From an uncultured virus (IMG/VR IMGVR_UViG_3300020048_000111) (Duplodnaviria > Heunggongvirae > Uroviricota > Caudoviricetes): a DNA stretch of 64,000 nt. The stretch is from IMG/VR virus record IMGVR_UViG_3300020048_000111; one strand, 5' to 3'. The position numbers and the translations under genes are program-made. Positions 19,146-29,367 of this stretch are shown here, piece after piece; position 1 is the stretch's first letter, and the number at the start of each line of letters is the position of its first letter. The notes beneath the pieces were generated by a model that worked only from the letters and a program-made list of their open reading frames with translations, had not been told where the DNA came from and did no database searches.

Positions 19146-20197
19146 GCTGTAATGGATGTTTTGGAGGCTGTGCGGAAATAATTTCCGATCAATGTGTTAA
19201 ATACACAGGTGAAAATATAGGGTTTCTTGGTATATCTACAGGAGATACATTAGCTATGGTAGAAGCTGCTATCGCTAGTTATCTCCTCACCCTATCTGAT
19301 GGTTCAGGTATTGTACCAATTATAACTGCTACTGATTGTACATTAATAAGTGATGCACTTCCTGCAGAAGGAGATATTACGCTAAATAATGTAATAGATG
19401 CTTTAATAACAGCAGCTTGTAGTTTACAAATACAAATAACAGCTCTATCTAATGAACTTGTAGCATTGGAAGGAGATTATACATTAGGGTGTATTACTTC
19501 TGCTCAAGGGACACACAATGTGTTACAAGCTGTAATTACACAACTATGCTTATCAGTTGCTGATATCACTGCATTAGAAGCGGCTATAACAGGCTTTGTG
19601 ACCACTTCAGAAGTAAATGAACTCATTGCTACATATTTGAGTGTAAATGGCTCTGAGAGCAAAATGTACAATAAAATGGTTCCTTATGTAGCTATGCCTT
19701 ATTTTGGCCCATTAGTAAACTATCCTTCTCCTGGAGATGCATTTGTTGCAGGAATAGGAATAGGCTCATGGGAAAAAGTATATTTATGCAATGGAACAAA
19801 TGGTACTCCTGATTTAAGAGGCTTAACAACTATTGGTGCTACAAGTGATATGGGTGGGGGGGCTTATGATCCTGTTCTTACAGGAGGAGCAACATATATA
19901 AAAGGACTTGCTTATGGTGCAAAAACTGTTGTTTTAGGAGCTACGCAAATTCCTTCACATACACATACAATTTCATCTGTAGGAGATCATGCTCATATAG
20001 TAACAGCAAACAACACTGATTCAGACCAATCAGGAGCTCTTACAGGAGGGGTATATAATAGTGCTAATGATGGTTCAACAGCAACTTCTCCTGCAGGAGC
20101 TCATACACATGTATTAGGAAATACAGGAGGAGGGCTTTCACATGAAAATGTATCTCCTTCAAGAGCTTGTTATTACATCATGTTTATACCAAGTTAA
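19142..20197 (+). CDS. tail fibre or collar protein
   Basis: N-terminal C..C..GC....SDQCVKYTG; collar motif LCNG.NGTPDLRG; HTH/HAH tip repeats; HEN.SP...YYIM end. Confidence 0.75.
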   Translation: MSCNGCFGGCAEIISDQCVKYTGENIGFLGISTGDTLAMVEAAIASYLLTLSDGSGIVPIITATDCTLISDALPAEGDITLNNVIDALITAACSLQIQITALSNELVALEGDYTLGCITSAQGTHNVLQAVITQLCLSVADITALEAAITGFVTTSEVNELIATYLSVNGSESKMYNKMVPYVAMPYFGPLVNYPSPGDAFVAGIGIGSWEKVYLCNGTNGTPDLRGLTTIGATSDMGGGAYDPVLTGGATYIKGLAYGAKTVVLGATQIPSHTHTISSVGDHAHIVTANNTDSDQSGALTGGVYNSANDGSTATSPAGAHTHVLGNTGGGLSHENVSPSRACYYIMFIPS

Positions 20198-20199
20198 TT

Positions 20200-20298
20200 A
20201 TGACAATAGAAGGCCCATATCCATGTGAGTGGTATTTTTTACCATTAGACCCAAATTGTACCACCACTACCACATCAACAACAACAACAATTCCTTAA
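20200..20298 (+). CDS. 32-aa poly-Thr micropeptide MTIEGPYPCEWYFLPLDPNCTTTTTSTTTTIP
   Basis: Hand-translated; starts 2 nt after the upstream stop; in-frame ACN run. Confidence 0.55.
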   Translation: MTIEGPYPCEWYFLPLDPNCTTTTTSTTTTIP

Positions 20299-20310
20299 AA
20301 CCAAGAAATT

Positions 20311-20964
20311 ATGGCAATGACAGTTTTAATACAATTAACAATAGCAGGAGCTGATACAGGCCCTTTTGATTTATATTCTAATATTGATGGATATGTTTCA
20401 GCATTTGCCACAGGCATCTCTAAAGCATCATTAGTTGCAGGATATACATCAAGTTCTGTACCAGATAATACAGCTATTATACGTGTGCTATCTACAGAAA
20501 TCTGCACAAATTATGTAGACCTTCCTGTATTAACTACTACAACAACAAGTACATCTACTACAGGAGTACCAACCACTACTACTACAACTACAGCTTCCGG
20601 CATCACCTTAGTATATAATAATACAAAAGATTGTGGAGGAGTGGGAGAATGTGATTGTGATTGTATAAAATCCGTAGGAGAAATCCTTGTAAATGGAATA
20701 GTAGCATATAATTGGTATGCAGGTACAGTTCTTCCATCAACAGGAACTTTAGTAGCAAGTGCAGGAGATACAATAGTTATTAATGCCACTGCTTATATTT
20801 CAGGAGTTTCTTGTATAGAAACATGGAATCCTGTTATTACAATAAACCTTAATGGGGCATTATGTGCAACAGATGATACAGGTAGTGAAATAACTTGTAC
20901 ATTTACATTCACAGCAACAACAGTGATTGAAATTGTAGCAAGCTGTACCTCTTTACCTATATAA
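20311..20964 (+). CDS. modular virion protein: N-terminal ~72-aa module, poly-Thr linker, Cys-containing beta domain
   Basis: ORF translation. Confidence 0.7.
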   Translation: MAMTVLIQLTIAGADTGPFDLYSNIDGYVSAFATGISKASLVAGYTSSSVPDNTAIIRVLSTEICTNYVDLPVLTTTTTSTSTTGVPTTTTTTTASGITLVYNNTKDCGGVGECDCDCIKSVGEILVNGIVAYNWYAGTVLPSTGTLVASAGDTIVINATAYISGVSCIETWNPVITINLNGALCATDDTGSEITCTFTFTATTVIEIVASCTSLPI

Positions 20965-21001
20965 AGGAATGTCTTGATTTAATTGGTTTTGCAAGACATA
21001 T

Positions 21002-21033
21002 CTGCCAGAGGGAATTTCTCTCTGGCAGTTTTT
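21002..21033 (+). terminator. intrinsic terminator, preceded by a second hairpin at 20969-20999
   Basis: CTGCCAGAG-N9-CTCTGGCAG followed by TTTTT. Confidence 0.8.
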
Positions 21034-21132
21034 CTAATTAAATTCATTATAAATATTAATGAGAATGATTAAAACTAATGTACACTTTCGCATAAATCTT
21101 TCTATCTTTACAACAACTTTAGTTTTAACACC

Positions 21133-21864
21133 ATGACCGGAAGACAGTTGATATCACAAGTTAGAAGTTTACATAAATTACTTTCTTCTGATGCAAGTTT
21201 GACAGATCGTGCTATACTTTCTGAAATAAGAGCAAACTCTCTATTACTCATTAAAAGAGAAGCAAATCTTAGAAAATTATGGGCCACTGACTCCATTTTT
21301 ACCACAATACCATGTTTGGAGATGGTAGAAGTTCCAATATCTGAATGTTGTGAGTATGTAGATGAATGCACTATTGCAAGAAGTAAATATAAACTCCCTA
21401 GAATCTCTGAAGGAAACTATCAGTATGTGATTCAGGGAGTTTATGCTATTAATGCAATGAGTGGAAAGGGTAAGAAACTTAAAGAAATTACCATTAACAG
21501 GTATATGACATTGTTAAGGCTTCCTATTATAAAGAAAGAGGAATACTTTTGGATAGTGGATGGATATTTATATGTTACTAATCCAATGGTTAAAAGTATA
21601 AGACTTGTGGCTTTCTTTGAAGAAGATATTCCTAATGATATAATGTATCCTGAATGTGGGTGTGGACAGAATGTAACAGATGAAGAGTGGTGTAAAAATC
21701 CTCTTGATAAGGAATTTGCTCTTCCTGGTTATTTACAAAAGCAAGTATTGGAACTTACCTCTCAAAAGCTTTTATCTACCTACTTTAATTTAAAGACCGA
21801 TAATACCTCAGATGGATTGGATGAACAATCAATTAATACAAAACCAATAAGAACAAAAAACTAA
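21133..21864 (+). CDS. tail ring protein (crAss-like)
   Basis: CL.MVEV...ECC, RSK.KLP and F.LP.YL motifs; synteny. Confidence 0.65.
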   Translation: MTGRQLISQVRSLHKLLSSDASLTDRAILSEIRANSLLLIKREANLRKLWATDSIFTTIPCLEMVEVPISECCEYVDECTIARSKYKLPRISEGNYQYVIQGVYAINAMSGKGKKLKEITINRYMTLLRLPIIKKEEYFWIVDGYLYVTNPMVKSIRLVAFFEEDIPNDIMYPECGCGQNVTDEEWCKNPLDKEFALPGYLQKQVLELTSQKLLSTYFNLKTDNTSDGLDEQSINTKPIRTKN

Positions 21865-21867
21865 TCT

Positions 21868-22350
21868 ATGCCTAGAGTCGCAGTGGAGCACAGGTCAGCA
21901 AGTAAAGAAAATTACAAAGATTTTTGTAAGAAACACAAAACTATAAGTCTCTCTTATGATGAATGGGGCAAAATAATCTACAGCTTCAATGAATCATTTA
22001 AAGAGTATATTCTTGAGACAGGAGAGAAAGTTAAATTCCCCTTTGGATTTGGGGAATTTGCTATTAATAAGAAAAAGAGAAAACAGACAATAGTGGATGA
22101 AAATGGTGTATCCCATGTCAATCTTCCTATTGATTGGGTAAAAACAAAAGAGAAGGGAAAAACCATCTATAATTTCAATTATCATACAGAGGGATTTTTC
22201 TTTGGGTGGATGTGGTTTAAAAGAACAACAAGACTAAAGAATTCAGATTTGTGGTATTTTAAACCATCAAGAGCAACATCAAGACTTCTTGCTCACTATT
22301 TAAAAGTGAATGATAAGTATCAACATATATATTGTGAGTGGCAACGTTAA
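21868..22350 (+). CDS. HU/IHF-like protein of crAss-like tail operons
   Basis: GEKVKFPFGFGEFAI.K, IDW..T and N.HTEG motifs. Confidence 0.7.
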   Translation: MPRVAVEHRSASKENYKDFCKKHKTISLSYDEWGKIIYSFNESFKEYILETGEKVKFPFGFGEFAINKKKRKQTIVDENGVSHVNLPIDWVKTKEKGKTIYNFNYHTEGFFFGWMWFKRTTRLKNSDLWYFKPSRATSRLLAHYLKVNDKYQHIYCEWQR

Positions 22351-22365
22351 TTAAAAACATAGAAT

Positions 22366-23331
22366 ATGTCATATTATTTTAAATATAATTTCTGTTCTCC
22401 TGATCCTATCTTTGCCATTGTGCAAGAGGAACTTAAGTCATATTTTGACACAGGGGCAATTGACTCTCTCATGTTCTCAACATATGTTGATAAGTGCTTA
22501 CGTAAATTAGGAAGAGCTACCTATGTAATTTCTGAAGAGGTATTGATTATTGAGGATTTTCAGGCAAGGCTTCCTGATAATTTCTATGCTGTAAGGGAAG
22601 CTTGGATGTGTACAGAAATAAATGGGTATCCTTATCAATCTGCTAATTCATTTTATTCACAAGCTGCTTCAGCAACAACAATACAAATTGCTCCAATGAT
22701 TATTAATGGACAACCTTGTAACAACCCTAATTGTGTTAGTGGATGTGATGAGTGTATGCCTCATTTGGTTCAAGCTGTATATAAGACAAATAATGAATTA
22801 GCAAGAAGCTATATACGCCATTTCCTACTTAAGCCAGGAAATATTTCTGCAAGACAGCAATGTACAGTGGAATACATGAGTAATTGGGAAACTGTTAATG
22901 CCCATTATCAACAAGGTACACCACATTCCTCCGGATATGATTCTTTTGACATAAGGGATAATAAGTTTGTTACAAATTTCAGAGAAGGGGTGGTGAATAT
23001 TATTTTTTATGCTACAGAGTATGATAAGGAAGGTAGTCAACTTATTCCAGATAATTACAGGGTAAAAGAATACATTGAAGCATTCATTAAATACAAAATA
23101 TTTGAAACCCTTACCAATCAAGTAACTGATGAAACATATAATCAATTACAACAGAAATTGGTATATTACAAACAGCTTTCTGATGAAGCTTTTATATTAG
23201 CTGATATAGAGGTAAAAAAGCAAACTGTTTGGCAAAAACAACGTGCAATAAAATCATCTCTCAATAAACATAGAATGTATGAACTCCCCAATAAATCTAC
23301 AAGTAGATTTGGGTGGAGACGTAATCAGTAA
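22366..23331 (+). CDS. tail tubular or ring protein
   Basis: ARLPDNF, TNF.EG and LIPD...EYIEAFIKYK motifs; lies upstream of the stabilisation protein. Confidence 0.7.
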   Translation: MSYYFKYNFCSPDPIFAIVQEELKSYFDTGAIDSLMFSTYVDKCLRKLGRATYVISEEVLIIEDFQARLPDNFYAVREAWMCTEINGYPYQSANSFYSQAASATTIQIAPMIINGQPCNNPNCVSGCDECMPHLVQAVYKTNNELARSYIRHFLLKPGNISARQQCTVEYMSNWETVNAHYQQGTPHSSGYDSFDIRDNKFVTNFREGVVNIIFYATEYDKEGSQLIPDNYRVKEYIEAFIKYKIFETLTNQVTDETYNQLQQKLVYYKQLSDEAFILADIEVKKQTVWQKQRAIKSSLNKHRMYELPNKSTSRFGWRRNQ

Positions 23332-23336
23332 AAAAC

Positions 23337-24200
23337 ATGAATGGAATATATATTATAGAGAATATCAAAACCAACAAATATTATGTTGGTAGTTCTACAA
23401 ATACTCATAAAAGATTAAATAGTCATAAGGGTTTATTAATAAGAAATAAACATCATTCTTATAAACTTCAAGGATCATTTAATAAACATGGGATTAGTAA
23501 CTTTAATTTTAAAGTTATAGAAGATATATATTTTCCAAATGATTATGATAAACCAACTAAACTTGAGTATTTAGAATGTAGGGAAGAGTACTACATTAAT
23601 AAATATAATAGTTATAAATTAGGATATAATGTCTCTGAAATACCAAGAATAGTAGGGAATACTAATACTAAAGAAAGTATTGAAAAAGGAATAAAAACAA
23701 GACGAGAAAGAGGAAGTTATAATATTTCTGAAATAACTAGACAAAGAAGATCAGAAGGGATAAAAAATAGTGAAGTATTTAAACTTACATTTGCTTCAAG
23801 AATACAAAAACTTCTAAAACCTGTGTATCAATATGATTTAGAAGGTAATTTTCTTAAAGAATGGGAATCTTCAGATAAGATAGTTGAAGAGTTAAATGTT
23901 ACTAAAAGTACACTTTTAAAAAATATATATGGACAGTATCGTAGATGTAGTACATTTATCTTTAGCTATGAAAAACAAGAAAAAGTAAAGTCATATGCAA
24001 AACAAATAGAAAATGATCCACCTCCATCATGCAAATACATAAAAATGTATGATATGAATAAGCAGCTTTTGAGGGTTTATAATTCTGCTAAAGATTGTGC
24101 AAAAGATTTAAATATAAATCTTAGAACAGTTTCTTTTTACATACATACTCCACCTAATCATCTTAATTATAAATTAGAATATGGAGCAGCCCACAGATAA
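23337..24200 (+). CDS. GIY-YIG homing endonuclease with NUMOD repeats
   Basis: GIYIIEN....YYVGSS..R...H; KPVYQYDLEGNFLKEW; overlaps the next start by 20 nt. Confidence 0.9.
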   Translation: MNGIYIIENIKTNKYYVGSSTNTHKRLNSHKGLLIRNKHHSYKLQGSFNKHGISNFNFKVIEDIYFPNDYDKPTKLEYLECREEYYINKYNSYKLGYNVSEIPRIVGNTNTKESIEKGIKTRRERGSYNISEITRQRRSEGIKNSEVFKLTFASRIQKLLKPVYQYDLEGNFLKEWESSDKIVEELNVTKSTLLKNIYGQYRRCSTFIFSYEKQEKVKSYAKQIENDPPPSCKYIKMYDMNKQLLRVYNSAKDCAKDLNINLRTVSFYIHTPPNHLNYKLEYGAAHR

Positions 24201-27200
24201 TATAAATCAAAGTATTAGAACAGCTAATGCAGGATTAAATATGGACAGCAGTGCTGTTCAAATAAAACCTGGGCAATACTCCTATGCATTAAATGCTTCT
24301 GTAGAAAACTTTGATGCAAACAGCTTATTTCTCCAAAATGAGAGTGGTAATGAGTTATGTGTTCAGTTTCCTGAAGGATTTGTATTAATAGGAAGTCATT
24401 TTATTAATGAACAAACAAAATATATCTATTTCATAACTTCTCCATCAACAGGAGATAGTCAAATAGGATATATGGAAAACAATGATTGTACTTACAGAGT
24501 GCTGTTAGATGCTCCTTGTTTGAATTTTAATATCTATCATCCTATTCATACCAATAATATTGTTCATAAAATAACAAATTGTACAACAGAGCTTTATTGG
24601 ACTGATGGGTATAACCCCCGTAGATATCTTGATATTAATGATATTCCAAGAGTATTAGCAAGTGGTTCTCCTGCATGTGATGCAATATACACTGATGAGG
24701 TAGATTGTAATCAATTGAAGGTTCAACCTGATTTCAGTATTCCTTCATTGTCAATATCCGGTGTTACCAATACAGGGGATATACCTTCAGGAACAGTACA
24801 ATTTGCAATACAATATTCAGATGCATCATCAAACCCTTTTACTTCTTATTACTCTGTTACTAATCCTCTTCCTATTGCAGATACCCAAATTGCTTCTGTA
24901 AATTTCAATAATCCTGTAGGTAAATCTGTAATACTTGATGTTGCCCATCTAGATACTACAGGGCAATTTGAATGGTTCAACATTGCTGTTATTAAAACAG
25001 TAAATGCTATTTCTTCTGTAGAATTAATAGGAACATATTTTATTGAGGGGGAAACCAAGCAAATTACATATACAGGGCAAGTTGTAGATAATATAAGACT
25101 CTCTATTAATGATATATTTGAAAAGTTTCCTTATTATGATATATCTGATGGACTTACAACAGCACAAGATATATTAATATGGAATGGTCTTACAAGTATA
25201 GATAGGATTAATTTTCAACCTATTGCAAGTCAAATTGAACTTCTTTGGGAAAGTTGGAGAATTCCTGCTACAGAAACTTATGCAGATGAGTTAAATGCTA
25301 CAAATTTAAGAAGTTATTTAAGGGATGAAGTATATCCTTTTGGTATTGTTCCTCTTTCAGCAAGTGGTAAACAATATGATGAATTTCATATTCCTGGCAG
25401 GAAACAGAATTTAAATGAAGACAGACCTGATATTCCTAATACACATGAAGACTTTATAGGTGATACAAATGAAGTTAGTGTTCCCTATTGGAAAATATAC
25501 AACACAGCAAAAGTAACAGAAACAATTGCCCCTGTTAATTTTCCAATTACATATAAAGGAGCATATCAATGCGGAGAATTTGCCTATTGGGAATCAACTG
25601 AAGAATATCCTTGCAATACAGATGTATGGGGGGATTTGGCAGGACAAAAGATTAGGCATCACAAATTTCCTGATGTTCTTGTTTCTCCTATATATGAAAC
25701 AAAAATATTCACTACTCCTGATGATATGGTTATGGGTAGTGATGCTGTATTTCCTCTTGGTGTAAGGATAAATGTTCAACAGGTACAATTCCTCATAAAT
25801 ACATCAACAAGCCTTACAGCCTCTGAAAAAGCAGATATTGTAGGCTTTAAGATAGTAAGAGGAGATAGAGGTACAAATAAGTCTATTGTAGGAAAAGGTA
25901 TTCTTAGGAATGTAGGAAGTTATACAAAAGATGAAACTACCTATTTGTTTCCTAATTATCCTTATAATGATTTAAGAGAAGACCCTTTTATCAATTCTAA
26001 TAATAATGCATATAATGATTTATGTGATGGGTTTGCAATAGATGTTACTTTTCTATCTGTAGATGGTTCAGGAAATAATGCTGCTGAAATAAACTATGTA
26101 GATTGTAATACAAATAAATCAATTACAAAGAGGTATACAACAGTAGGCCCACAGGATAATGTATGGTCAAATCAAAAACCTTCTTTTGTATTAGGAGGAG
26201 GAACAGTTACTTATATCAGTTGTGATGAATGGAGAGTTTCATGTCCTGCTATTTGTGGGGGATGGAGAGTGCAATATAACAGTATAAGAGATGGTATTAA
26301 AGAGGAATGGATTAATGGTGGATTTAGTCATGATGATTATGTTATACAGGTAGTTGTTGGTACTGTTCCTACATGTGTAGAAGGATGTGAAGATACAGGA
26401 TTATGTAATGGAAGAGTAATAATTGAGTTTATAGGTAGACATGTTCTTGATAATGAAACTGCTATTAGTGAAACTCCCTTACCTGGCATTACAGATAAAT
26501 ATAGGCAAATATTTAATTCTCCTGAAACATCCTTTGGACAACCTTTCTTAGGAGATGTGTTAAAACTTGAAAGTGTAATGTTTGGGGCAGGTAAAGCCCA
26601 TTTTACAGAAGTGAAGGATAATGCCAAATATAAACTCATTACAAAAGAAGCACAAAAACAAGCCTTAGATAGTTCTGCTGCGTTAGGAGGACTTACATCA
26701 GAATTTAGTGCTTCTGCAATGTTTGCTGCATATCAGGCATATCTCCAAATATACATCAATGGAATAACAAGAAAGAACTATGCTTATTCGTTCAATTCCA
26801 TAGCAAGTTATGACTACGCTAAAAATATTCCTAATGATGCAGGAATTAAACAAAGAACTATTGACATAGCAAAATATCTTCCTCCTTCTGTATTATCTAT
26901 ATCCCCAGGAGAGAATGACATAAACAACTGGAATAGGGAAACATCAGTGTTCTTAAAAACAACAGAAGAAAAAACAGCACTTCCATTTCCTGATAGTAGC
27001 CCTGAAATGTTAGCCGGAAACACTCCTATTGTTACAGACTATTCACGATTTACTATTTCAGAAGTAGGAAATTGTAACAGTCCTTCCAAAGAACAGACTA
27101 TTAGAACAGTGGCTTATTATGCTTCATTAAAGAAAACATTTGTTAATCAATGGGGACAGATATATTCCTATAATACAATAGATACAGGCTGTCAGGTGAT

Positions 27201-29355
27201 ATTAAATAATTCTCCTGCATATGTAACAGTATTTGGAGGAGATACATTTATAGGAAGATTTGCATTTAAAACAAAAGTTCCATTCTTTATTGATAATAGA
27301 GTGGGAGCTCCTGATGATAGTGATATATTCTATGATGAAATAGGAAACATTGGGTATCCAAAGTATTGGCATTCCTCAAGAAGTATTCTTGAAGACTACA
27401 GTGTTCCACAAGGACTTTCAGATGATCCCCCAGGAATATTAGCTAACATCATTTCCTATAAAGCACATAACTTTGATTGCCCTAATAACACAAGTGGTGT
27501 TACAACAGGAACAACTACAACATCATTACTTATTACCACCACCACCACATCTACAACATCTTTAACAGGAGTAGTTTCTGATACAGGACTTGAAACTTCT
27601 AACAGAACTTATTATGATGGGTATTTTTATCTGTTTGCTTATGGTGTGCCTAATTTCTATTGTGAGAGTTCTTACAATTTAGATTTAAGACAAGCATTTA
27701 ATAACAGGGAAGGTGATTTCTGGCCTCATGTAACAAATAGTATTCCTGATGATTGGGTGCAGGAAAGTTTTGTAAGTATAGCTAATGATAATACTTATCA
27801 TTATAACATTACTTATTCCAAACAGAATAAGGAAAATACTTTCACACACCTTCCCCCTAATTGGGAAGCAAAACTCTGTTTTACAAATTATCCATTCAGA
27901 GCAATATATTCTGATGTACAAAATACAGATAGTGATAATAGTGTGAATGCATGGCTTACATACAGGGCAATTTCTTATTTTGATTTTCCTCAGAACTTTG
28001 GGGCTCTTATATCCTTAGATGGTATAGAGAATAGAGCAATTCTTGCAAGGTTTGAGAATAAAACATTAATGTATGATAAGTTGCTTACAATGGATACAAG
28101 TAATCCTCAGGCAGCTTATGTAGGAAATCCTAAACTTTTTAGTAATCTACCAATTGATTTTGCTGATACAGACCTTGGGTATGCAGGAAGCCAACATAAA
28201 TTCCTTCTTAAAATTCCTGAAGGGGCTATAAATGTAGATGCTAAAAGAGGACAAGTGTTTTTACTTTCAGGACTTAAAGCTGTAGACCTTTCAGGATTTG
28301 GTTCAGGAATGCAGAGATTCTTTACAGATCATACAGCATTTGAAATACTAAGATGGTTTCCAAATGCTGATATAGACAACCATTTTAATGGAATAGGTTT
28401 GCATGGTGTATATGATAGTAAATATGACAGGGTAATAATCACTAAGCTTGATTATGTTCCTATAGATGATAGAATTCAATATGATGCAGAAACACATGAA
28501 TTCTATATAGAGGAAGAAATAATAACAATAATAAAAGAATGTGATTTATTAGGTACAGCAGTACAGATAGACACATGTGTTCTTGAAGGAACAGCAGAAG
28601 AAATAGCCCCTCTTCCTACAACCACCACTACCACTACTACTATTGAAATAGACACAATTAAAAATGGAGTTCTATATAATTATTATGTAACTACAGATGA
28701 AAGAAATATTATAAGTAATGATGATTGGAGAGTAGCAACAGGTGATTTAGACTGGCCTGGCTATGAAGGGGATTTTGGGGTTTTATTAAAATTTTTAGAC
28801 TCATCAACTACTACTTATTATTCATCTATTGCTGGAGTAAAATTAAAAGAAGAATCTTTATTGTATTGGTTTGATGTTGGTAATATAGCTACAGGAACAA
28901 ATGAAACTAATTTTAATGGTAGGGGAAGTGGGATTCGTGATGGGGTAACTGGCATATTTAGTAATATTGGTTCTTATGTAGCATATTGGGCTAGGTCTTT
29001 GTGGGAAGATGATACAAATAAAACTTGTGCAGCTATATCATTTTTAAACGTATATCAGTGTCCTATTGTTGGTAAAGGTAGTGGTGAATTATGTATAAAA
29101 ACACGAGGGTCATCAATACGCCTGATTAAAACTTCAACATCACTTTTAGATGGTGAATCTGGTACATATTCTGGAAATGATGGAAAAGTTTATCGTACAA
29201 TCTGCATAGGTACACAAGAATGGCTTGCTGATAACCTTGCAGAAACTAAATTCAGAAATGGTGAGTTAATTCCTGTTGTATCTAATAATTCCACATGGGC
29301 ATCTCTTACATCTGCAGGAATGTGCTATTATAATAATGACATAAATAATGCTTAA
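24181..29355 (+). CDS. tail stabilisation (muzzle) protein, N-terminal and main part, with C-terminal permuted Fib_succ_major-like domain
   Basis: GLN.D....Y..ALNA, WTDG.NP.R, YLRDEVY.FG, IRHHKFP and FGGDTFI.RF motifs; poly-Thr, then GVLYN..SIRLIK..IG.Q.WLA.NL. Confidence 0.8.
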   Translation: MEQPTDNINQSIRTANAGLNMDSSAVQIKPGQYSYALNASVENFDANSLFLQNESGNELCVQFPEGFVLIGSHFINEQTKYIYFITSPSTGDSQIGYMENNDCTYRVLLDAPCLNFNIYHPIHTNNIVHKITNCTTELYWTDGYNPRRYLDINDIPRVLASGSPACDAIYTDEVDCNQLKVQPDFSIPSLSISGVTNTGDIPSGTVQFAIQYSDASSNPFTSYYSVTNPLPIADTQIASVNFNNPVGKSVILDVAHLDTTGQFEWFNIAVIKTVNAISSVELIGTYFIEGETKQITYTGQVVDNIRLSINDIFEKFPYYDISDGLTTAQDILIWNGLTSIDRINFQPIASQIELLWESWRIPATETYADELNATNLRSYLRDEVYPFGIVPLSASGKQYDEFHIPGRKQNLNEDRPDIPNTHEDFIGDTNEVSVPYWKIYNTAKVTETIAPVNFPITYKGAYQCGEFAYWESTEEYPCNTDVWGDLAGQKIRHHKFPDVLVSPIYETKIFTTPDDMVMGSDAVFPLGVRINVQQVQFLINTSTSLTASEKADIVGFKIVRGDRGTNKSIVGKGILRNVGSYTKDETTYLFPNYPYNDLREDPFINSNNNAYNDLCDGFAIDVTFLSVDGSGNNAAEINYVDCNTNKSITKRYTTVGPQDNVWSNQKPSFVLGGGTVTYISCDEWRVSCPAICGGWRVQYNSIRDGIKEEWINGGFSHDDYVIQVVVGTVPTCVEGCEDTGLCNGRVIIEFIGRHVLDNETAISETPLPGITDKYRQIFNSPETSFGQPFLGDVLKLESVMFGAGKAHFTEVKDNAKYKLITKEAQKQALDSSAALGGLTSEFSASAMFAAYQAYLQIYINGITRKNYAYSFNSIASYDYAKNIPNDAGIKQRTIDIAKYLPPSVLSISPGENDINNWNRETSVFLKTTEEKTALPFPDSSPEMLAGNTPIVTDYSRFTISEVGNCNSPSKEQTIRTVAYYASLKKTFVNQWGQIYSYNTIDTGCQVILNNSPAYVTVFGGDTFIGRFAFKTKVPFFIDNRVGAPDDSDIFYDEIGNIGYPKYWHSSRSILEDYSVPQGLSDDPPGILANIISYKAHNFDCPNNTSGVTTGTTTTSLLITTTTTSTTSLTGVVSDTGLETSNRTYYDGYFYLFAYGVPNFYCESSYNLDLRQAFNNREGDFWPHVTNSIPDDWVQESFVSIANDNTYHYNITYSKQNKENTFTHLPPNWEAKLCFTNYPFRAIYSDVQNTDSDNSVNAWLTYRAISYFDFPQNFGALISLDGIENRAILARFENKTLMYDKLLTMDTSNPQAAYVGNPKLFSNLPIDFADTDLGYAGSQHKFLLKIPEGAINVDAKRGQVFLLSGLKAVDLSGFGSGMQRFFTDHTAFEILRWFPNADIDNHFNGIGLHGVYDSKYDRVIITKLDYVPIDDRIQYDAETHEFYIEEEIITIIKECDLLGTAVQIDTCVLEGTAEEIAPLPTTTTTTTTIEIDTIKNGVLYNYYVTTDERNIISNDDWRVATGDLDWPGYEGDFGVLLKFLDSSTTTYYSSIAGVKLKEESLLYWFDVGNIATGTNETNFNGRGSGIRDGVTGIFSNIGSYVAYWARSLWEDDTNKTCAAISFLNVYQCPIVGKGSGELCIKTRGSSIRLIKTSTSLLDGESGTYSGNDGKVYRTICIGTQEWLADNLAETKFRNGELIPVVSNNSTWASLTSAGMCYYNNDINNA

Positions 29356-29367
29356 AAATTAAACCAA

